DNA of 36,074 nt from Armatimonadia bacterium (GTDB taxonomy: Bacteria > Armatimonadota > Zipacnadia > Zipacnadales > UBA11051): NCBI GenBank assembly GCA_039683575.1, contig JBDKRC010000151.1, positions 1 through 36,074 on the forward strand. The letters run 5' to 3'. The position numbers and the translations under genes are program-made. The notes beneath the pieces are model-generated. The model saw only the letters and a program-made list of their open reading frames with translations. It did no database searches and was not told where the DNA came from. Below, one piece after another: positions 16,125 to 22,700 of the stretch. How positions within the stretch are numbered: the stretch's first letter is position 1; each line of letters begins with the position of its first letter.

Positions 16125-17447
16125 CTATAGCCGCTGATCGGCGGGCACCGCCACACTCACATTCCCTACTCGAGTGAGTGTAATGTCCTGATAGTCATGC
16201 GGGTTTGGCAGGCCGGTCTCTGCCATCCGGCGCTCCAGGAAGCTCCCCATCTTCCGGCAGAAATCCTCGGTCACATCCACCCGCTCATCCGCGAGGTTGT
16301 GCTGCTCGCCGGGATCAGTGGTCAAGTCATACAGCTCAAACGGCGGGCGCTTGTGCAGCTCGTCATATAGCGATTCGATGTACTTGTACTGCGGCGTCCG
16401 GAAACCCCGCTTCTTCATCCACGCGCACTCGGTGATGAAGACCTCCTCGGCGGTTCCGGCATCACTCTTCGCCTCCACGAGCGGCATCATGCTCGTGCCC
16501 TCCATCTTCTCCTCTCCCGCCACCTCTAGAAGCCCAGCCAGGTCGAGCACCGTCGGCGCCAGGTCCTGGTGCCGCGTCAGTCCCCCACGCTGCTGCCCGC
16601 CGCACAGCCTCTCCGGATGCCGCATGAGCATCGGCACATGCACGTTAGTCTCATACAGCCCGTGGTGATCGAACCACATCTGGTGCTCATCAAGCTCCTC
16701 GCCATGGTCCGAGGTGATGATCACCGCGGTATCCTCGTCCATCCCGTCCAGCGCCGTGAAAACATGCGCCAGCGCCGCGTCCACATAGGCGATTGCGGCG
16801 TCATACTGCGCCTTGGGGAACTCCACGTCTGTCAGCCCCGGCATCCACTCGGCAAAGTAGTACTGGAACGCCGGATACTCATGCATCATCTCATGCGCGC
16901 TGGTCTTGGCGGGGTCCTTCTCATCGCCGGAGTAGAACATGCGGCTAAAGGGTGACGGCGGCAGGTACGGGGTATGTGGGTCCCAGTAGTGCAGGAAGCA
17001 GAACCAGGGCTTGTCCTGCTTGTCGCACTCATCCAGCACCCGCAGCGCCGTGTCATTGACTGCCTGCGCCTTCATCCATGCTCCGCTGGTATCCTGCGAC
17101 CAGTTATAGCCCTCATACAGGTCATAACCGCGGTTGAACCACCGTCCCAGGTTGTCGGCGGCGGCGGTGAAGTACCCGTGGCTCCGCAGCACCTCCGGCA
17201 GTAGCCGCACACTAGACGCCAACTCCACCTTCCCGCCCTGCGTGACGATCTGGTGGGTCATCACATCCTTGCCCGAGAAGATGGTCGTGTACCCCGGATG
17301 GGTGGGGATATGCGGCGAGATATGCTGCTCAAAGAGCACACCCTCTGACACAAACTCATCAAGATGCGGGCTGGTCAGCCGCGTATGCCCATAGCAGCCA
17401 AGATGATCCGCGCGAAGAGTATCAATGGCAATCAGTACGATGTTCAT
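16125..17447 (-). CDS. Sulfatase-like (alkaline phosphatase superfamily) hydrolase
   Basis: NIVLIAIDTLRADHL, HYWDPHTPY, ITSDHGE, DHHGLYE and ELYDLTTDPGEQHNL motifs. Alternative GTG start at 17471. Confidence 0.9.
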   Translation of the reverse strand: MNIVLIAIDTLRADHLGCYGHTRLTSPHLDEFVSEGVLFEQHISPHIPTHPGYTTIFSGKDVMTHQIVTQGGKVELASSVRLLPEVLRSHGYFTAAADNLGRWFNRGYDLYEGYNWSQDTSGAWMKAQAVNDTALRVLDECDKQDKPWFCFLHYWDPHTPYLPPSPFSRMFYSGDEKDPAKTSAHEMMHEYPAFQYYFAEWMPGLTDVEFPKAQYDAAIAYVDAALAHVFTALDGMDEDTAVIITSDHGEELDEHQMWFDHHGLYETNVHVPMLMRHPERLCGGQQRGGLTRHQDLAPTVLDLAGLLEVAGEEKMEGTSMMPLVEAKSDAGTAEEVFITECAWMKKRGFRTPQYKYIESLYDELHKRPPFELYDLTTDPGEQHNLADERVDVTEDFCRKMGSFLERRMAETGLPNPHDYQDITLTRVGNVSVAVPADQRL

Positions 17448-17590
17448 ATATCGGTCTGTATCCTTGGGCACGACTATCGATGACTCGCATGTGGCAATGC
17501 CACGAAGGGACGGTCGCAGATCTTCCGAAGTGGAAGGGCTGTCATCCCATACTTGAGACGGTGGGGCTAAGGGTGAGAGCCGTGGTGGAC

Positions 17591-18925
17591 CTAACCAGCC
17601 GCATCTTGTTTCCCGCTTCGCATGAGTTCCCTCTCCGCACGTTTCAGCAATCTCATGGCCTGGACATTGTCAGGCTCTAGACGTAGGGCAGTGGCAGCGA
17701 CGTCACGCGCAAGCACATACTCCGCCAGTCCTATGTACGTATACGCCAACTGGACCATCGCCAGCGTACTACGATCATCGATTCTCAGTGCCTGATGGTA
17801 GCATCCTACCGCCTCGCGCCGCCGTCCCAGGAGGTTCAGCGTGTACCCTTTCTGCACCAATGCCTCCAAGTTGTCAGGTTCGGTCTGCACCGCCAGATCG
17901 TACGCAGTAAGCGCATCGGCGGGACGGGCAAGGCGATTGAGCACATAGCCAAATTGGACCCTGGCTGTAACGTTCTGCGGGTCGATCACAACCGCCTTCT
18001 CGTACTCTGCAGCAGCTGCCTCCAGTTGCCCTGCCCTGCTGAGCGCCAAGGCTTCCACCGCGTGTTGTGCAGCGGAACGTTGCCGCTGTGCCTGCTCGTT
18101 GGTCTCAACGGGTGTCCCAGCTGCTCTCGCTTTGGCAGCGAGTAGGTGGCGATGGGCAGCGCTACTTCGAGGCTCCAGGCGTATCGCTTCTTCAGCAGCC
18201 TGTATGGCATCCTGGTATCTCGACAACCCGTTCAGCGCATAGGCCATCAGAGTGTAGCACTTGGCGCTATGGGGTTCTACGTCTCGGACCTTCTTCAGCG
18301 TATCCAGTGATTTCTCAAACTGCCCCAGTCCGTTTAGGGTATAGGCGTAGTCCAGCAAGAGACTGGTATCTGTCGGGGAGTGAGACAGTGCCTTTTCGTA
18401 CCATGCCAGAGCATCGTGGCGCTTGCCGCGCGCACTTAGCACTCGTGCTCTATCGGCATAGTCATCGACTGGGCATGCTGCAGGCGTATTGACGGTGCTT
18501 GGGCAATCTGCCCCAGGAACGGCTCGGCCAACAAGTGTCTCGATGGCATCCGACAGGCGAGACTGCAACTCGACAACCGTCTCATACTGCACGTGTGAAG
18601 CGAGAGCGGTGTCGAGTGCGATTTCCTCATCAGTCCTGGCCAATAGTATTATCGGCTTGCCCAAGCCTTGGGCATAGCCGATGCTGAGATAATCGACGGG
18701 GCCAAGTCCCGAGAGATCGGCGACTACCACCCTCGCGGATGCAATCGAAGGTCTGGCCTCGGCTGGCATGGACAGAACAACGCTGGTCCGGTTCAGGCGC
18801 TCACAAGCATAGCCAAAGCCTGACAGTACCTCTCTTACTATCTCCTGAACTCCCCTATCCATGATAGACCCGTTAGCGCTCTGAATGAAGAATGCATACT
18901 CACCGCTACCTGTAGGCGTTGTCAT
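17591..18925 (-). CDS. Degenerate nucleoside 2-deoxyribosyltransferase-like domain fused to two TPR arrays
   Basis: N-terminal IASARVVVADLSG...IGYAQGLGKPIILL resembles the NDT-like fold. Repeated TPR helices (AYTLNGLG..Y..A...P). AAAGGA RBS before the ATG at 18925; the ORF track start at 18982 is upstream. Confidence 0.75.
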   Translation of the reverse strand: MTTPTGSGEYAFFIQSANGSIMDRGVQEIVREVLSGFGYACERLNRTSVVLSMPAEARPSIASARVVVADLSGLGPVDYLSIGYAQGLGKPIILLARTDEEIALDTALASHVQYETVVELQSRLSDAIETLVGRAVPGADCPSTVNTPAACPVDDYADRARVLSARGKRHDALAWYEKALSHSPTDTSLLLDYAYTLNGLGQFEKSLDTLKKVRDVEPHSAKCYTLMAYALNGLSRYQDAIQAAEEAIRLEPRSSAAHRHLLAAKARAAGTPVETNEQAQRQRSAAQHAVEALALSRAGQLEAAAAEYEKAVVIDPQNVTARVQFGYVLNRLARPADALTAYDLAVQTEPDNLEALVQKGYTLNLLGRRREAVGCYHQALRIDDRSTLAMVQLAYTYIGLAEYVLARDVAATALRLEPDNVQAMRLLKRAERELMRSGKQDAAG

Positions 18926-18973
18926 CGGGGGCCGTCCTTTCCCGCTGTTATGAGGAATCGCGGCGGGACCATA

Positions 18974-19001
18974 TTGACTCAATGTAAATATCTGCTATAA
19001 T
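18974..19001 (+). promoter_or_regulatory. Sigma70 promoter driving a non-coding RNA
   Basis: TTGACT (18974-79)-N16-TATAAT (18996-19001) with extended -10 TGc; no plausible + strand protein gene lies downstream. Confidence 0.75.
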
Positions 19002-19009
19002 TAGCTCAA
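18981..19009 (-). promoter_or_regulatory. Overlapping divergent promoter for the NDT-like/TPR gene
   Basis: Minus strand TTGAGC-N17-TACATT, about 55 nt upstream of the ATG at 18925. Confidence 0.5.
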
Positions 19010-19122
19010 TCCGGGCAGTACGGCCGGAGGGGTATAGCCGAGAAGGCTATCGAATATGTGTTGTATGAACTAAACATTTGTCGCATCACAGACCGACGCC
19101 AGTGCGTCGGTCTCTTTATTTT
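19007..19122 (+). ncRNA. Putative DUF3800-associated structured small RNA, convergent with the DUF3800 gene
   Basis: Bounded by a promoter and an intrinsic terminator. Hairpins TCCGG/CCGGA (19010-19028), ATAGCC/GGCTAT (19034-19050) and an imperfect stem at 19051-19083. Confidence 0.65.
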
Positions 19123-19897
19123 CCGGATTAGGCATCGGCAACAGGCATTCGTCAACCCCGATCCCTGCAGGCAGCTTTCCAGATATCATTTCCCATAGTG
19201 ACCCGGCGAACTGGCTGGGGGTCACGGCTTGCCCTGCTCGCTGTAGCAGGCAGCGCGTGTAAGGCTTGACGCACAGGTCGGCTATCTGTAGACCGAAGTG
19301 CCTCCGTCTCTTGGGGCGGAATTCCACGTCCGGCTTGCTGATGATGCTTCTCCAAGGTATGCCAGTGTTCGTGACTACGTTTCTGTGCCACATCTCGGCA
19401 CAACCTGCAGCCACGAGACGGTCTTGGTGGGAACTCCGGGCCTCTAGCATTATGTCCCCGGAACCGCCGCGCCGCGCCAAAAGGTCGACATACAGCTCCA
19501 CAAGCCTTATCACTCCAGCGGCGTACGGTCCAAACTCAGCGGCGTAGGCAACATCATCGAGGCCGAATTTGTCTACAACAATGGGGATGGCATCGAAGGG
19601 CGTTTCCGTCAGAAACCTCAGGAATATTCTATCCCATGCCCCACGTATGGCTGGACACTTGAGGCAGCCGAATGGACCGGTTCCGGAGACCATCTCGGTC
19701 GCGTGGAAGACCAGCTCGTCATCTGGATCAGTACTGAAGAAACTAACCGATAGCTCCTCCATGCGGTTGCGGTGTGGCCGTATGTCATCGATCCTCAATA
19801 CTATGCCCAGTAGTCCCAAATAACGATGCTCAACTCTTGCTCGAGCTAGATTAACGGCTTCGTCGCCTGATTCATCGATATAGAGGCGATACCGCAT
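19070..19897 (-). CDS. DUF3800 domain protein (RNase H-like fold)
   Basis: Characteristic LYIDESGD start, FHATE, LEAR and GLQIADL motifs. GGGAG RBS before the ATG at 19897; the ORF track start at 19987 looks over-extended. Confidence 0.85.
   Translation of the reverse strand: MRYRLYIDESGDEAVNLARARVEHRYLGLLGIVLRIDDIRPHRNRMEELSVSFFSTDPDDELVFHATEMVSGTGPFGCLKCPAIRGAWDRIFLRFLTETPFDAIPIVVDKFGLDDVAYAAEFGPYAAGVIRLVELYVDLLARRGGSGDIMLEARSSHQDRLVAAGCAEMWHRNVVTNTGIPWRSIISKPDVEFRPKRRRHFGLQIADLCVKPYTRCLLQRAGQAVTPSQFAGSLWEMISGKLPAGIGVDECLLPMPNPENKETDALASVCDATNV
19090..19122 (+). terminator. Rho-independent terminator of the putative ncRNA
   Basis: 10-bp stem AGACCGACGC-CAGT-GCGTCGGTCT followed by CTTTATTTT. 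Confidence 0.8.
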
Positions 19898-19992
19898 CGA
19901 TCGTCCGCTCCCGAAGCGTAACCATAGGAAAGCAGCGTTCAAAGAGTGATGGGAGACACAGGGGACAAGCGTGCCGCCGAGCGGCAAGGCCC

Positions 19993-21018
19993 TTACGCCA
20001 GCCGCGAGTAATGCTCGTACGGCACAGCCCCGAACACCTTCTTGCCCGCCATCCGCTGCTTCATGGCCTTCAGACCGTTCTCGCCGATCTTGAAGTACCC
20101 GTAGAAGCCCGCGCCCGAGATGTGCGGCGTGATGTACACGTTGTCGAGCTTGCGGAACGGGCTGTCCTGCGGCAGCGGCTCCGGCGTCGTGACGTCGAGG
20201 CCGACATAGATCCGCCCCGTCTTCGCTTCCCGGTACAGCGCGTCCTGATCGAATACCATCGGACGGGCGGTGTTGATGATCGCCGCACCGTCCTTCATCA
20301 GCTTGAAGTGCTTCTCGCCGATCATGCCGTCGGTCTCAGGCGTGGTCGGGGTATGAACTGTGATGTAGTCCGACGTCTTGAAGAGCTGGTCCAGGCTGAC
20401 CTTGCGCACGCCCAGCTTCTTCGCTTCGTCCGCGGACAGGTACGGGTCGTAGCACTGCAGCTTGAGGTCCCACGCGCTCAGGAGCTTCATGACGTGCCGC
20501 CCGACCTTGCTCGCGGCCACGACGCCCACCGTCGCGCCCTGCAGGAACTGCCGGTTCCACGGCGCCACATCCGCCCGCCAGCGACCGGTCGCGCGGAAGT
20601 CGTTCACGAACGGCAGCCACTGGTGGCCGATCATGAGCAGCAGGCCGACCGCGGACTCGGCCACATTGTAACCGATGGCTTCGTTGGCAGAGTAGGTCAC
20701 GATATTGCGCGGGATGAGGTACTTGTCCACAACTTCCTGCGACAGGATGTGCTTCACCGAGCCCGCGAAGTGGGCATACATCTTCAGGTTGACGGCCTTC
20801 TCAAAGACCTTCTCGGTCAGCGGAGGGCTGCCCCAACCACCAAGCAGGATGTCATAGTCCTTGATCTTCTTCGCGATATCGTCAGTACCCGGCATCGTGT
20901 CCTTCTTGTTGAAGGTCACGTTGTAGTCAGCCTTCAGCTTCAACTGGTCCTCCGGTCGCATTACCCGGTCGAGACCAGCCTGATTCAGAATGCACCAGAC
21001 TTTCGCTTTGTCAGCCAT
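19993..21018 (-). CDS. D-isomer-specific 2-hydroxyacid dehydrogenase family protein
   Basis: HFAGSVK, VGVVAASKVG, YDPYL, INTAR, LDVTTPEP and ITPHISG motifs; start could also be 21030. Confidence 0.93.
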   Translation of the reverse strand: MADKAKVWCILNQAGLDRVMRPEDQLKLKADYNVTFNKKDTMPGTDDIAKKIKDYDILLGGWGSPPLTEKVFEKAVNLKMYAHFAGSVKHILSQEVVDKYLIPRNIVTYSANEAIGYNVAESAVGLLLMIGHQWLPFVNDFRATGRWRADVAPWNRQFLQGATVGVVAASKVGRHVMKLLSAWDLKLQCYDPYLSADEAKKLGVRKVSLDQLFKTSDYITVHTPTTPETDGMIGEKHFKLMKDGAAIINTARPMVFDQDALYREAKTGRIYVGLDVTTPEPLPQDSPFRKLDNVYITPHISGAGFYGYFKIGENGLKAMKQRMAGKKVFGAVPYEHYSRLA

Positions 21019-21072
21019 GATGAGAAGCATCTCCCTCAATCTATAGTAGGCCAGACTTCGTCGTCGCCGCCG

Positions 21073-21852
21073 TCAGACCTCCAAGTGCACTTCATTGCGC
21101 AACAGCCCAATTCCCTCCACCTCGATCTCAATGACATCCCCCGGCTGCAGGAACACTGGCGGCCGCCGCACGAATCCTACGCCCTCCGGCGTCCCGGTCA
21201 TGATGACCGTACCCGGCAGCAGCGTCAGGTTGTGGCTCAGATAGCTCACAAGTTGCCGGCAGTTGAAGATCAGGTCGCGCGTGTTTGACTCCTGCATGAC
21301 CTTGCCGTTGAGCAGCGACCGGACCGGAGCATTGTCCGGGTCAAGTTTCGTCTCGATCCACGGCCCCAGCGGGCAGAACGTATCGAAGCTCTTGCCTCGC
21401 GCCCACTGCCCGTCGAGCCGAATCTGGCAGTCGCGCGCCGACACGTCGTTGCCGCAGGTGTAGCCCATCACGTAGTCCAGCGCATGCTCCTCGGACACGT
21501 TCCGCGCCGTCCTGCCGATGACGACGCAAAGCTCCGCCTCGTAGTCAACCTCGTGTGGGGCCATGTGCGGCAGGACGATCGGATCCCCGGGCCCGGTGAC
21601 TGACGTTGTCGCTTTCAGGAACATCAGCGGGTGATCGGGAAGCTCCATCCTCGTTTCGCTGGCATGCTGGTGGTAGTTCAGTCCGATTGCGATCACATTC
21701 GGCGGGCAGACCGGCGGCAGCAGCTTCACGTCAGCAAGCCTCACCACTTCCCCGGTACGGGTCGCCCCCGACAGCGCCAGCAGTTCCACCTGCTCGCCCT
21801 CCACCACTCCCTGCCGTATCTCAGTCCTGTACTCAAACCGCGCAATCTTCAT
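21073..21852 (-). CDS. Fumarylacetoacetate hydrolase family protein
   Basis: IGLNY..HA.E, DYEAEL, NDVSARD, GKSFDTFCPLGP and MTGTPEGVG motifs. Confidence 0.95.
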   Translation of the reverse strand: MKIARFEYRTEIRQGVVEGEQVELLALSGATRTGEVVRLADVKLLPPVCPPNVIAIGLNYHQHASETRMELPDHPLMFLKATTSVTGPGDPIVLPHMAPHEVDYEAELCVVIGRTARNVSEEHALDYVMGYTCGNDVSARDCQIRLDGQWARGKSFDTFCPLGPWIETKLDPDNAPVRSLLNGKVMQESNTRDLIFNCRQLVSYLSHNLTLLPGTVIMTGTPEGVGFVRRPPVFLQPGDVIEIEVEGIGLLRNEVHLEV

Positions 21853-21927
21853 TGAAGGGTCTCCTCACCACAGTCTCTCCGCCCCAATTCGCTATTCGCC
21901 TCACTTCATCCTCCTCCCACCACCACA

Positions 21928-22025
21928 AGCCGCACGAGCGGCTTCCAATACCGCAACGCGCCCAGCCGTACGAGCGCCCTCCAATACCGCAGCGCGCCCA
22001 GCCGTACGAGCGGCTTCCAGCCGCG
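21928..22025. repeat. 36-bp tandem repeat (2 full copies plus a partial) ending in a REP-like palindrome
   Basis: Units start at 21928, 21964 and 22000 (AGCCG[C/T]ACGAGCG..TCCAATACCGCA.CGCGCCC); the third continues as GCGGCT-TCC-AGCCGC. Confidence 0.85.
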
Positions 22026-22038
22026 AGATCATGGCACT

Positions 22039-22060
22039 GGAGCCCGGCTTCCAGCCGGGC
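22039..22060 (+). repeat. GGAG-headed REP-like palindrome
   Basis: GGA-GCCCGGCT-TCC-AGCCGGGC shares the CGGCTTCCAGCCG core with 22011-22023. Confidence 0.6.
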
Positions 22061-22095
22061 GGATGGCGCGACTCAATCCTATGCCGCCCCCTCCC

Positions 22096-22120
22096 CGCGT
22101 AGTGCGGGCGTCTCGCCCGC
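22096..22120 (+). repeat. GTAG-headed REP-like palindrome, copy 1
   Basis: CGCGTAGTGCGGGCGTCTCGCCCGC; an exact reverse-complement copy lies at 34560-34584. Confidence 0.85.
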
Positions 22121-22140
22121 TCCGACGTTGCCATGAACTG

Positions 22141-22168
22141 AAAGCCGCCGCTCATCCCGAGCGGCGGC
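22141..22168 (-). terminator. Intrinsic terminator after the 22205..22642 gene
   Basis: Stem GCCGCCGCTC / GAGCGGCGGC followed by TTT on the minus strand. Confidence 0.6.
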
Positions 22169-22204
22169 GTCACTACGTCCTGTGGCAGGGGTCACTGCCC
22201 CCGA

Positions 22205-22642
22205 CTAATGGCTGTGCCCGCCCTCTTCCATCGGCATCGGCTCCTTCGTCAAAGCCTCGGCCACAGCTTTCTGGATCGCGGCAGCATCAACCGTTTGAGC
22301 CGCCAGCGTCGGGTTGCCATCCAGGCCAAGCACGATGACTTGCGGCAGCTTGCCGGCGTGGAACTGCGCCATGGTATCCCGCTCCGCCGGGTTCTGCTTG
22401 TCCACATGGATCAGGCGGACTCGCCCAGTCCCTCCCACCGCCGCCTTCACGCCGCCGAGGAACTCGCCCTGTACGCCACTCTTGCCGTCCGTGACCACGA
22501 CTACCGAAACCTCGCGGGCCTTGAGCGCCTCTTTGATCTTTGCCGTGCCATCAATCGGAGCCTCCCCGCCGCGGCCGAACAGCACCAGCGCGAGGGCGAT
22601 CAGGACAATCACTCCTGCTGCAATAATCTGCTCTTTCTTCAT
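22205..22642 (-). CDS. Membrane-anchored hypothetical protein, possible Cys-less thioredoxin-like fold
   Basis: N-terminal signal or anchor; beta-alpha pattern ending LPQVIVLGLDG; C-terminal GGHSH; GGAGG RBS. Confidence 0.65.
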   Translation of the reverse strand: MKKEQIIAAGVIVLIALALVLFGRGGEAPIDGTAKIKEALKAREVSVVVVTDGKSGVQGEFLGGVKAAVGGTGRVRLIHVDKQNPAERDTMAQFHAGKLPQVIVLGLDGNPTLAAQTVDAAAIQKAVAEALTKEPMPMEEGGHSH

Positions 22643-22700
22643 CTTAGCCCTCCATCCAAAAGCAGGCGAGCCAGCTTGTCACCCGCTCCCTTGAGCCATG

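Noticed and set aside
17472-17590. Terminal repeats or att sites for the lower-GC insert (weak TGTCATCCCAT similarity to the right flank)
   Set aside because: The match is short and gapped, within chance expectation.
20011-21288. 425-aa + strand ORF (likewise 22698..23687, 28769..29653 and 30666..31808)
   Set aside because: Shadow ORFs opposite well-supported genes, with no recognisable domains or RBS.
21928-22025. Possible mini-CRISPR (36-bp periodicity)
   Set aside because: The whole unit repeats with no unique spacers, and there are no cas genes.
21901-22173. 90-aa minus strand ORF with repeated LE.ARTAGR
   Set aside because: It is a translation of the tandem/REP repeats, not a credible protein.
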